A stretch of DNA of 32,000 nt from Candidatus Altimarinota bacterium (GCA_041659405.1 JBAZYK010000009.1:30001-62000); one strand, 5' to 3'. Shown: positions 8,258 through 16,732, numbered from the stretch's first letter. Translations and numbers: made by a program. Notes: generated by a model not told the origin, from the sequence alone.

Positions 8258-9316
8258 ATGCCAAAATTGATCCTTATTGACGGAAATGCCATTTTTTATC
8301 GAGCTTTTCACGCTTTACCCCTTTTTAAAAGCAGTAAAGGCGAATTTACCAATGCCATTTATGGCTTTCTGAAGATGACTTTTCAGATTTTAAAGCAGGA
8401 AAATCCGGAATACATTGCCATTGCTTTTGATTGTGCCGAAAAAACCCATCGCCATATTGAATATGAGGAATATAAAGCTCAGAGAAAACCACCTCCGCCG
8501 GAACTTTATCCTCAACTCCCCCGCCTTAAACAGGGGCTTGAAATCATGAATATCGCCCTTTTTGAACTTCCCGGTTACGAAGCGGATGACATTATTGGCA
8601 CACTCGCCACCGAGGCCGAAAAAAAAGATTTTCAGACACTTATTGTCACCGGCGATAAAGACGCTTTTCAGCTTGTTACAGACAAAATTCAGGTGCGAGT
8701 TCCCATCAGCGGTTTAAGCACGGTTATTGATTATACTCCCGCAAAAATTAAAGAAAAAATGGGGCTCATTCCAGCTCAGATTGTTGATTACAAAGCCCTT
8801 AAAGGTGATCCATCGGATAACATTAAAGGCATCAATGGAATTGGTGATAAACAGGCCGTCGATTTGCTACAAAAATACGAACACCTTGAAAATATTTATG
8901 CGCATATTGACGAGTTAACGCCTTCACAGCGCCAAAAATTCGAGGATGGACGTAAAGATGCGCTCTTTAGTAAAAAACTCGCGACCATTGTTCGTGAAGT
9001 GCCAATTGATCTGGATTTTGAAAAATGCCGCTTCCAAAAAGTTCCTTACACCAAAATGAAGGCATATCTGGAAGAGATTGAATTTAGAGGATTCCTTAAT
9101 AAAATGATGGAATTCAAAGATTTTGTAGATATGGAGGGAGTGGAAGTTCCACAAGTTAGCGGCAATGAACCAAAAGCGCAGTCTGAGCATCAAAAGATAA
9201 AACAGCAAAAATCTGGTCAACAAGGGCTATCCGGGCAGTTTGAACACGCTCAAAAGTCAAATTCTGATCATGTTCCCGCGCACAACCCCGGCCCCGTCCA
9301 GCAAAGCCTATTCTAA
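8258..9316 (+). CDS. stand-alone 5'-3' exonuclease (Pol I N-terminal/FEN domain) with Q/S-rich tail
   Basis: 352 aa. Has 'LILIDGNAIFYRAFHALP', 'GYEADDIIGTLA', 'IVTGDKDAFQL' and 'GDPSDNIKGINGIGDKQA' motifs, but no polymerase domain follows. Confidence 0.9.
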   Translation: MPKLILIDGNAIFYRAFHALPLFKSSKGEFTNAIYGFLKMTFQILKQENPEYIAIAFDCAEKTHRHIEYEEYKAQRKPPPPELYPQLPRLKQGLEIMNIALFELPGYEADDIIGTLATEAEKKDFQTLIVTGDKDAFQLVTDKIQVRVPISGLSTVIDYTPAKIKEKMGLIPAQIVDYKALKGDPSDNIKGINGIGDKQAVDLLQKYEHLENIYAHIDELTPSQRQKFEDGRKDALFSKKLATIVREVPIDLDFEKCRFQKVPYTKMKAYLEEIEFRGFLNKMMEFKDFVDMEGVEVPQVSGNEPKAQSEHQKIKQQKSGQQGLSGQFEHAQKSNSDHVPAHNPGPVQQSLF

Positions 9317-9421
9317 GAATAAAAATTTAGGATAATTTTAGAAAATTTTAATATACATTTGATAAAGTACGTTCAAATACTGTTAATTAAACGTAAAAAC
9401 TTTTACAAATTTTGATTTAAT

Positions 9422-9434
9422 GTGTACACTTAAG
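9422..9434. promoter_or_regulatory. palindromes (GTGTACAC, CTTAAG) upstream of the TA operon, possible operator
   Basis: GTGTACAC at 9422-9429 overlaps CTTAAG at 9429-9434. Both lie between a TTGATT (9412-9417) and the antitoxin start at 9457. Confidence 0.3.
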
Positions 9435-9456
9435 GTGATACTTAAATCAATAATTT

Positions 9457-9708
9457 ATGACTACTAAATGCATAGGCATGAAAGAATTTCGTCAAAAAAT
9501 AGCCACTTTTACCAAGGATGCCCAAACAAAGGATATTCGCTTTATTATTCTCAAAAAAAATAAGCCGGTTTTAGAAGTGAAAGCTATCAATGAAAAGGAA
9601 TTTACTTTTGAAAAACTTTCCGCAGATATCAAAAAGGCCAGAACGCAGGTCCGGAAAGGGCAAGTACACTCGCAAAAAGAAATTATGAAAGAATTTGGCC
9701 TACTCTAA
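9457..9708 (+). CDS. Phd/YefM-like antitoxin
   Basis: 83 aa. N-terminal 'IGMKEFRQKIATFTKDA....RFIILKKNKPVLEV' fits the Phd/YefM pattern. It overlaps the downstream RelE/ParE toxin gene by 14 nt. Confidence 0.6.
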   Translation: MTTKCIGMKEFRQKIATFTKDAQTKDIRFIILKKNKPVLEVKAINEKEFTFEKLSADIKKARTQVRKGQVHSQKEIMKEFGLL

Positions 9709-9979
9709 AATGCATCAAGTTTTTTATACAGATAAGGCTCGGGAAGATTTAAAAAGGTTGGAAATGCAAATTGCCAAAAGAATCATTAAAAAAATCTATT
9801 TTTTTAGTTTACAAAAAGATCCACTGTCTTTTGCCAAGCGCATCAATAACATTGAACTCGGCCAATATCGCTTTAGAATTGGCGATTATCGCGCACTCTT
9901 TGATATTGACCAAAAACAGCAGGTGCATATTCTTTCCATTCTAAGAATCAAACATCGCAAAGATATTTACGATCTGTAG
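9695..9979 (+). CDS. RelE/ParE-family toxin
   Basis: 94 aa. 'YRFRIGDYRALFDIDQKQQVHILSILRIKHRKDIY' is the canonical RelE/ParE C-terminal core. Confidence 0.8.
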   Translation: MAYSKMHQVFYTDKAREDLKRLEMQIAKRIIKKIYFFSLQKDPLSFAKRINNIELGQYRFRIGDYRALFDIDQKQQVHILSILRIKHRKDIYDL

Positions 9980-10135
9980 ATATCTTTTTATATTCCGGAT
10001 TGATGGCTGGGTCGAGCCACGCCACTGGCATTTTAAGCCCAGGCCGGTTTGACTAAAGCGCAAAAATGTGTCAAAATATACAAGGTGCCAATGTAAAACA
10101 GGCCCCCCACTTTCTACTCCTCACAAAAAACAAAA

Positions 10136-10228
10136 ATGAAAAAAATCAAAAAAAATATCTTTTACGTGACAATTATTTTTTGTGGCCTGTTTGTGATGCG
10201 ATATTTGGGGCTTCACCTCACTTTTTAG
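10136..10228 (+). CDS. possible 30-aa single-TM micropeptide
   Basis: ATG...TAG encodes MKKIKKNIFYVTIIFCGLFVMRYLGLHLTF (basic head plus one hydrophobic helix) inside an otherwise empty 417-bp gap upstream of ftsA. There is no other support. Confidence 0.2.
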   Translation: MKKIKKNIFYVTIIFCGLFVMRYLGLHLTF

Positions 10229-10396
10229 TTTTGTATACATATTTAGTTCACGGCCCTGCGCGAAGCCATTTCTTTGTGTGTTTTCTGTTGTAAAAAAAAT
10301 GTTTTTCATCTACAATCCTACTGCTACGCTACACGCGAAACAAAGTCGAGCGTGCTTAAAAATAAAACTTCATTAATAATTTATAATTTATAATTA

Positions 10397-11635
10397 ATGT
10401 CCAAAGCTCGAGTAATCGCAAGTCTTGATATTGGCAGTAATAAAATCAGAACCGTTGTTGGTACACTGGAAGAAAAATCACAAATCCCCAATATTATCGG
10501 CGTTGGTATCGCCAATTCTACAGGTCTTCGCAAGGGGGCTGTTATTGATGTGGAAGAAACTATAAATAGCATTTCGGGTTCTTTGGAGGATGCCGAAAGA
10601 ATGGCTGGAGAACCTATAAATCACGTCTTTCTTGGCATTGGTGGAAATCATATTGAATCAATCAATTCCAAAGGTGTTATCGCCGTTTCTCATGCCGGAA
10701 ATGAAATTACCGAAGATGATGTTGATCGTGTTTTGGAGGCTGCACAAGCCGTTTCTATCCCTGGCAATCGCAGAATTTTACGCATTATTCCAAAATCTTT
10801 TATTGTTGATGAACAGAAAGGTATTAAATATCCGGTTGGTATGACCGGAATTCGTCTTGAAGTTGATGCTCACATTATCACCGGCCTTATTCCGGCCGTT
10901 AAAAACATCGAAAAATGTGTATTGCAAGCCGGAGTTGATATTGATGATATTATTCCTTCCTGTTTGGCTAGTTCCGAAGCGGTCTTAAGCAAGCGCCAAA
11001 AGGAACTTGGTGTAGTCGTAGTTGATGTCGGTTGCGGAAGCACTTCAGTTAGCGTTTTTGAAGAAGGAACAACTCTTCACACAGCCGTAATTCCGGTTGG
11101 TGGCGAAAACGTAACCAACGATATTGCGATTGGTCTGCGCACTTCCATTGATACCGCCGAAAAAATTAAAATCGAATATGGTACATGTACTCCTGCCGAT
11201 GTCAGCGATCGTGAAGTTATTGACCTCTCTCTGCTCAGCAAAATCGACACTCAAAAAGTTTCCAAAAAACTCATGGCCGAAATTATCGAGGCCCGTTATC
11301 ATGAAATTTTTATTTTAGTTAAAGATGAACTTGCCAAAATCCACCGCGATGGCATGTTGCCTGCAGGTGTGGTCTTAACCGGCGCAAGCGTTAAAATGCC
11401 GGGAACAATTGATCTGGCTCGTGAAACCCTAAATCTCCCCGTACAGATTGGTTTTCCTCAGAATTTTGATGGAGTAGTGGACAAAATAGATGACCCAGCT
11501 TATGCTACGGCCATAGGTTTAATCTTATGGGGTAGTCGTCTGGAAAATCGCTCTTATGGATTTTCATTAAAAGGATTTAATATTAAAAAAGGATTTGACG
11601 GCATGAAAGGTTGGGTAAAAGGACTTTTCCCATAG
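10397..11635 (+). CDS. ftsA: cell division protein FtsA
   Basis: 412 aa. Actin-fold motifs 'ASLDIGSNKIRTVVG' and 'VVVVDVGCGSTSVSVF', plus a C-terminal amphipathic tail 'FDGMKGWVKGLFP'. It lies directly upstream of ftsZ. Confidence 0.95.
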   Translation: MSKARVIASLDIGSNKIRTVVGTLEEKSQIPNIIGVGIANSTGLRKGAVIDVEETINSISGSLEDAERMAGEPINHVFLGIGGNHIESINSKGVIAVSHAGNEITEDDVDRVLEAAQAVSIPGNRRILRIIPKSFIVDEQKGIKYPVGMTGIRLEVDAHIITGLIPAVKNIEKCVLQAGVDIDDIIPSCLASSEAVLSKRQKELGVVVVDVGCGSTSVSVFEEGTTLHTAVIPVGGENVTNDIAIGLRTSIDTAEKIKIEYGTCTPADVSDREVIDLSLLSKIDTQKVSKKLMAEIIEARYHEIFILVKDELAKIHRDGMLPAGVVLTGASVKMPGTIDLARETLNLPVQIGFPQNFDGVVDKIDDPAYATAIGLILWGSRLENRSYGFSLKGFNIKKGFDGMKGWVKGLFP

Positions 11636-11783
11636 AAAAGAGCGACGTGTAACACAAATATTTATTTGACAAATATAAGAAACTTCTTTAACAATAGGAT
11701 CTCCACTTCGGATCTGATTCAACCGTGATCCCAAGGCTAAATTTCAATCATAATTTTAAGTCCAAACTTCTAAATCCTTAATT

Positions 11784-12968
11784 ATGGCTAATCAATCACA
11801 CCACTCTGCAAAAGATAATCTTCGCAATCTTTTTTCTGGAAGCAGTAATCTTGGCAAGAAAAGCTTAGAGGTAACTCCGGAGATCACTCCTGTAGCTACA
11901 ATCAAAGTAATCGGAGTTGGTGGTGGTGGAAATAACGCTATTGCGCGCATGATGAAAGCCAATTTGCGTGGAATCGAATTTATCGCTGTAAATACAGATG
12001 CGCAGGCTTTATATCACTCCGAAGCTCCAACTAAAATCAACATTGGCAAGGCTACAACACGTGGTCTTGGTGCAGGAAGTAATCCGGATGTTGGTCGCCA
12101 GGCCGCAGAAGAAAGCGCGGAAGAAATTCGCCAATCTTTGGAAGGCGCGGACATGGTCTTCATTACTTGTGGTATGGGTGGAGGCACAGGTACGGGCGCC
12201 GCTCCGGTTATTGCCGAAATTGCTAAAGATCTTGGCATCTTAACAGTTGCCGTTGTTACCAAACCATTCTCATTTGAAGGTCACCGTCGTCGCACACAAG
12301 CGGACGAAGGTCTGGAAAACCTTAAGAGCAAAGTTGATACACTCATCACAATTCCAAACGACAAAATTCTCACAATTATCGACAAGAAAACTCCGATTAC
12401 CGAAGCTTTCACTGTTGTTGATGACGTTTTAAGACAGGGTGTTCAGGGTATTGCCGATTTGATCACCGTTCACGGTATGATCAATGTGGATTTTGCCGAT
12501 GTTAAAGCCGTTATGGAAAACGCCGGTTCAGCTTTGATGGGTATCGGCTACGGAACAGGTGAAAATCGCGCTATAGAAGCTGCAAAGGCTGCGATTGAAT
12601 CTCCACTCCTCGAACTCTCAATTGACGGCGCTAAGGGCGTTTTATTCAACATTACAGGTGGTAACGATTTGAGCATGTTCGAAGTTGATGAAGCTGCCCG
12701 CATTATTACCGAAGCCGCAGATCCTGAATCCAACATCATTTTTGGTGCCGTAATCAACGATTCATACACCGGCGAAGTCAAAATCACTGTAGTGGCTACA
12801 GGTTTTGACGACAGCCCACGTGAAAGAGCCAGCATTATTCGCCAACACGTTTCGTTGGGGAACCAATCAGGATCAATTTCCGCTACGCCAAATAGCATGC
12901 CACAATCAATCAAATCCGGCGAATCCGAATTGGACATCCCAGCTTTCATCAGAAAGAAGATGAACTAG
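11784..12968 (+). CDS. ftsZ: cell division protein FtsZ
   Basis: 394 aa. '[13 protein letters not shown]', the tubulin signature '[12 protein letters not shown]', 'NTDAQAL' and the C-terminal peptide '[10 protein letters not shown]'. Confidence 0.97.
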   Translation: MANQSHHSAKDNLRNLFSGSSNLGKKSLEVTPEITPVATIKVIGVGGGGNNAIARMMKANLRGIEFIAVNTDAQALYHSEAPTKINIGKATTRGLGAGSNPDVGRQAAEESAEEIRQSLEGADMVFITCGMGGGTGTGAAPVIAEIAKDLGILTVAVVTKPFSFEGHRRRTQADEGLENLKSKVDTLITIPNDKILTIIDKKTPITEAFTVVDDVLRQGVQGIADLITVHGMINVDFADVKAVMENAGSALMGIGYGTGENRAIEAAKAAIESPLLELSIDGAKGVLFNITGGNDLSMFEVDEAARIITEAADPESNIIFGAVINDSYTGEVKITVVATGFDDSPRERASIIRQHVSLGNQSGSISATPNSMPQSIKSGESELDIPAFIRKKMN

Positions 12969-13041
12969 CCAGACACGAGCGCAGCGAAGTGTCAAAACTA
13001 TCAAGAAGTTTTAAATATAGCCGGTTTGCCCTGAGCTTTCT

Positions 13042-14358
13042 TTAACTTGGCTCTTTTACTTTAGCAGGCTCTTCTGCAGTATTAGCGGCAATTGGTTCTT
13101 TAGACGTTTCCACCGGAGCCCCCTGTCCATTTAGATATCTTCCAAGAGCCCAAATTTTAACGTGTGCTTCAGTTTGCGGTTTTAATTCTTCAGCTTTAGC
13201 TCTTGCTCCAGCCTGCCAACCCTGTGCCTTTATAATCTCTGCAGTATGAACAGAATTTTTAATTGGTTGATTTTGCAATTCTATTAGCTTATTTGTTGCT
13301 GTTAAATAACCTTGCCCGTTTTCCAGTGATAATGCCAATACTTTTTGATCATCCGGACTGGAAGCCATAGCTTGAAAAGTTTTTTTCAACGTTGCATCAA
13401 TGTCAGTCTTTTGTTTTTCCGCAGCCGCTTTTATACTTAACAGTTTAGGATCTTTCAAGTCACCTGCACGATTAAATTGCTCAATCATCTCAACCAAAAC
13501 TCCATTTTGATCAAGCAGAGTAGAAACGTTTTGAGCCAGTTGTGCACTTCTTTCACCGACCAAATCGTTAAACGTTTTTTCGTTTTTTCCAGCAGCTGAA
13601 TCGCCAACCATCTTTTCACGTCCTTTTACTAATGCATTGATAGCTGCCGCATGATTAGGTTCATCTAAAAAGCCATTCACGTCCTTAAGCGCGTCATCAC
13701 CTTTTTTCACCTTACTATCCAGATTATTTGTAAAGGCTTCGGCCGCCTGATCAAATTGATCCACCTGATCATGAACTGACTGATAAAGTTCCTGATTATC
13801 TTTTTCAAATCCTGGGACCAGTAGACCATCCAACTCGGCAGCATTTAAAGTAAGTTCCGCCCCGACTTTTTTCATGATTTCCACTGCATGTATATCCAAT
13901 CCCTTCACCATTAATTCCTTGAAAGCTCCATCATTTTTAGCAAGTGTGGCCTTAAGTTCGGTCTTTTTATCCACAAATTTTTCCAGTCGGCGATAATTTT
14001 CCGTGTTTGCCACAATTTCAGCCAAAGCTTTATTACGCGCTTCCTCAATCTCTTTGCGAGCCTGTTTATCAGCATCTGTCCCCTCTTTCGGAAGCTTTCC
14101 TAAAGCAATTTCAGCAATAGAAGTAATTTCTGCATTCTGACCCTTGATAATTTCATCAGCATTAAATTCTTTTTCAGGAGCCAAAATATCTTTTTGAATC
14201 CGTTCCGTGGCCTCTACCATATCTTTTTTAACCTGTTCAGTATCGGGCTTTTGACCTGCAGTTTCAGCTGGACCGGCCACTTGAAAAACCAGGCGATTAT
14301 TCAAAAATGCTGGTAAATTAGTCGCCCCACAATGCCGAAATTTTTTAAAATGTAACAT
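13042..14358 (-). CDS. orphan 'long' family protein (RLVFQ N-terminal motif), 438 aa
   Basis: N-terminus MLHFKKFRHCGATNLPAFLNNRLVFQVAGPAE aligns with five paralogs. The rest is K/E/A/D-rich helical sequence with a P/E/A-rich tail. It starts 3 nt after the upstream gene. No TM helix or Sec signal. Confidence 0.75.
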   Translation of the reverse strand: MLHFKKFRHCGATNLPAFLNNRLVFQVAGPAETAGQKPDTEQVKKDMVEATERIQKDILAPEKEFNADEIIKGQNAEITSIAEIALGKLPKEGTDADKQARKEIEEARNKALAEIVANTENYRRLEKFVDKKTELKATLAKNDGAFKELMVKGLDIHAVEIMKKVGAELTLNAAELDGLLVPGFEKDNQELYQSVHDQVDQFDQAAEAFTNNLDSKVKKGDDALKDVNGFLDEPNHAAAINALVKGREKMVGDSAAGKNEKTFNDLVGERSAQLAQNVSTLLDQNGVLVEMIEQFNRAGDLKDPKLLSIKAAAEKQKTDIDATLKKTFQAMASSPDDQKVLALSLENGQGYLTATNKLIELQNQPIKNSVHTAEIIKAQGWQAGARAKAEELKPQTEAHVKIWALGRYLNGQGAPVETSKEPIAANTAEEPAKVKEPS

Positions 14359-14361
14359 AAA

Positions 14362-14676
14362 CTAAAGATTATTAATTTGTGTAAGTAAGCGCTCTTCTTC
14401 CAAAGCGTCCTGTTTAGTGCTTGCATCCTCGTTTTTCACAAGGCGATCCTTTTTAATATTCTTAATATTCACGGTCAATTTCTGGGAAATTTCTTTATTC
14501 TTCGCCAAAAAACTTTTCTGCGCATGCACAATCATTTTTTGCTCATCTAGGAAAATGTCCGCATATTTAAGCATTAATTCGCCTGTCGCACCCATTACAC
14601 TTTTCTGTAACTCCGCCGGCATTTTTTTAAATGCGTGCGATTTTTGCATGAGTTGTAAGTATTCACCCTGGGTCAT
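14362..14676 (-). CDS. orphan 'short' helical family protein, divergent member, 104 aa
   Basis: 'YLQLMQKSHAFKKMPAELQKSVM' and the C-terminal 'EERLLTQINNL' align with four paralogs. Tightly packed in the operon. Confidence 0.7.
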   Translation of the reverse strand: MTQGEYLQLMQKSHAFKKMPAELQKSVMGATGELMLKYADIFLDEQKMIVHAQKSFLAKNKEISQKLTVNIKNIKKDRLVKNEDASTKQDALEEERLLTQINNL

Positions 14677-14685
14677 AAATTTTAA

Positions 14686-15078
14686 TTAAAACAGTCCAAA
14701 AAATTTCTTTCGTTCCGGCTTATTTGTCGTAGGAACTTGGTTTAAACTGGCCAAAAGTTGCTCGGAAATCTGGATTGAATTCGCCGCATCTTTTTGTTCA
14801 TTTTCCTTAAGCTCAGTTTTATCGATCTCACGTAGAGTAATTTTTATTTCGCTCACTAGCTGAATTTGACGTTCGTCATGTTGCTTCCTTTTGGCTTCTG
14901 CTTCAGCAAAAACGATTTCGGATTTTTTAATTTCCTCCATCGCCGCATTAATTTGCTCATCGCTCGCCAAATTAAAGGCAGTTAAAAGCTCTTGCTGTTC
15001 AGCATTTCCCAGCAGCTTATAACAGGTGGAATTCTGCAACATTTGAACGTACGCCGCGTATAAAGAAGAAATTGGCAT
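14686..15078 (-). CDS. orphan 'short' helical family protein (type B) with basic-hydrophobic C-terminal tail, 130 aa
   Basis: 'YVQMLQNSTCYKLLGNAEQQELLTAFNLASDEQI' is paralogous to 15735-16085. It carries an extra tail, 'TTNKPERKKFFGLF'. Confidence 0.75.
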   Translation of the reverse strand: MPISSLYAAYVQMLQNSTCYKLLGNAEQQELLTAFNLASDEQINAAMEEIKKSEIVFAEAEAKRKQHDERQIQLVSEIKITLREIDKTELKENEQKDAANSIQISEQLLASLNQVPTTNKPERKKFFGLF

Positions 15079-15080
15079 AA

Positions 15081-15704
15081 TTAAGTTGTTTTAGTAGGCA
15101 TAGCTGGAGCTGGCGTTTTAGCTGCTTCTTGAATAGCTCCTACCGTAGACGTTCCCGGAGCTTTTATGTTAGCTTCAAGTGTTTTATCTGTAATATTTAA
15201 AGGCTTGGTAACAGCAGCGATTTTTTCAGCCGGAGAATTAGGTTTAACTTCATCTTTACCAGGAACAAAAGTAGAATCTAAATCGTTTTTTACACCTGCC
15301 GCTTGAGCATCACTCATTTTATTACCACTTGGGGCCTTTTTAAAGAGAGCAAACTCAGACGCCTCTTTTCTAGCTATCGATAAAAGTCTATCTAACAATT
15401 GCTGTGCTATATCTTCGGAAGTTTCCAGTTTGTTTTTTGCATTCTCATTATCACGAGCAACTTGTAGCTTTTTAGAAAGCCGCTCTGCAGCCTCAGTCTT
15501 GCCATCATCTTTTAAATCTTCAACTTTTTGAGCCACTTTTTCATAAAGTTTCTCTCTAACATTTGAGTCATTCATATCTTGCTTCTCGAGCTCCTTCAGG
15601 GTGATGTCAGGCTTTTCAGAAACAATATTAACAGCCGTCACCGTTTCGGGATGCTGATACACAAACCTTTGTGTCCTGTAATTATGAAAAAGTAACGTTT
15701 TCAT
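15081..15704 (-). CDS. orphan 'long' family protein (RFVYQ motif), 207 aa
   Basis: N-terminus MKTLLFHNYRTQRFVYQHPE. The segment 'KLYEKVAQKVEDLKDDGKTEAAERLSKKLQVARDNEN' is paralogous to 16100-16732. The tail is low-complexity and P/A/K/T-rich. Confidence 0.75.
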   Translation of the reverse strand: MKTLLFHNYRTQRFVYQHPETVTAVNIVSEKPDITLKELEKQDMNDSNVREKLYEKVAQKVEDLKDDGKTEAAERLSKKLQVARDNENAKNKLETSEDIAQQLLDRLLSIARKEASEFALFKKAPSGNKMSDAQAAGVKNDLDSTFVPGKDEVKPNSPAEKIAAVTKPLNITDKTLEANIKAPGTSTVGAIQEAAKTPAPAMPTKTT

Positions 15705-15734
15705 TTTTATTTTGGTTAAGATATTAAATATTTT

Positions 15735-16085
15735 TTAAAAATTTTGAGTCAATTTTTGTAGGAGCATTTCCGCTGCTGCTTCTGAATTTTTAGCATCTGC
15801 CTGTTCATTAGCCTGCAGTTCTTTTCTGTTTACCTGCTTGAGCGTTTTTTTGATTTCTTCGGCCATTTTAATTTGTTGGGATTCTTTTTTTTTAAGATCC
15901 ATCTTGAGTTTTTCACTTTCCAGTGAGTCTTTTTTTAGCTCTCCCAGGCCTTTAATCAACTGTTCATCACTCGCGTGTAAAAATTTAGCCATCAAGTCCG
16001 TCTGTTCATCGGGATTCAAAAGTTGATAACTTTTAGATAACTGCAATGCTCTTAAGAATTCTTCTAATAATAGTTTTGTGGCCAT
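15735..16085 (-). CDS. orphan 'short' helical family protein (type B), 116 aa
   Basis: 'FLRALQLSKSYQLLNPDEQTDLMAKFLHASDEQL' and the C-terminal 'AAEMLLQKLTQNF'. Paralog of 14686-15078. Confidence 0.75.
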   Translation of the reverse strand: MATKLLLEEFLRALQLSKSYQLLNPDEQTDLMAKFLHASDEQLIKGLGELKKDSLESEKLKMDLKKKESQQIKMAEEIKKTLKQVNRKELQANEQADAKNSEAAAEMLLQKLTQNF

Positions 16086-16099
16086 ATTTACTTTGATTA

Positions 16100-16732
16100 T
16101 TATTTTTCATCCGGTTGTTTTTCCTCTGCAACAGCGTGTATTACTTCACGTCCAATAGGTTGTTTAGCACCTTCTATAGTAGCAAATGATGGATTTTCTT
16201 CAGCTTTTGGCTTTGGAGCCATGGCATTTTCACCACCATCCTTTAAGTCTTTTATGTTAAACACATCAGTTGCACTAGCTCCGGTTTCGCCAGGTTTGGT
16301 TGATCCTATTTCAGCTTCTACCTTTGGTTCCGGCTTGGCTTCAACAGTCGTTTGTACAGGTCTTTCTACAGCTTTTTCTTCCGTTTTTGCCGGTTGAACA
16401 TTCCCCTTTAGCATGATGGCATCAAGGCTCTTTCTTAATTGTTGAGCCGCTATAGCTGCTTCCGGTTCTTTGTTCTCAAAAGCTCTTGCCGCTGCGACTT
16501 GATCCAATAACTCTTTAGCATCCTTATCACCCACATTTTGGGCTTCTAATTTTTTTGCCTTATCTTCAGCATCTTTATAAAGATCACTGCGCTTATCGCG
16601 ATCAGCCAAAGTGGAATCCGCCCCTGGCTCCATCTGGTCCGGAGCTTTTCCAACAACTTCAACATACTGCATCACCAAGCGCTTTTCCATCTTTGAATAT
16701 CCAACCAATTGACGACAATTTAAATTTTTCAT
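16100..16732 (-). CDS. orphan 'long' family protein (RLVMQ motif), 210 aa
   Basis: N-terminus MKNLNCRQLVGYSKMEKRLVMQYVE. The segment 'DLYKDAEDKAKKLEAQNVGDKDAKELLDQVAAARAFEN' is paralogous to 15081-15704. The tail is P/E/K/A-rich. Confidence 0.75.
   Translation of the reverse strand: MKNLNCRQLVGYSKMEKRLVMQYVEVVGKAPDQMEPGADSTLADRDKRSDLYKDAEDKAKKLEAQNVGDKDAKELLDQVAAARAFENKEPEAAIAAQQLRKSLDAIMLKGNVQPAKTEEKAVERPVQTTVEAKPEPKVEAEIGSTKPGETGASATDVFNIKDLKDGGENAMAPKPKAEENPSFATIEGAKQPIGREVIHAVAEEKQPDEK

Noticed and set aside
12014-12949. Antisense ORFs inside ftsZ (12014-12262 and 12548-12949, minus strand) and a same-strand alternate-frame ORF (11998-12243).
   Set aside because: They are shadow ORFs of a highly conserved gene. 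Their translations are low-complexity (A/P/S/V-rich) with no motifs, and ftsZ fully explains the region.
12969-13041. Weak stems between convergent ftsZ and the 438-aa gene (GACAC-12nt-GTGTC and AAAACT-7nt-AGTTTT). I considered a bidirectional terminator.
   Set aside because: The stems are short or AU-rich, have large loops, and lack flanking U-tracts. That is insufficient to call a terminator.
15885-15893. T9 (A9 on the coding strand) homopolymer inside 15735-16085, and an A8 tract in the 5'-UTR of the 911-aa gene. I considered these as slipped-strand phase-variation switches.
   Set aside because: Lys-rich (AAA) coding in an AT-rich genome produces such runs routinely. There is no evidence of length heterogeneity from a single sequence.
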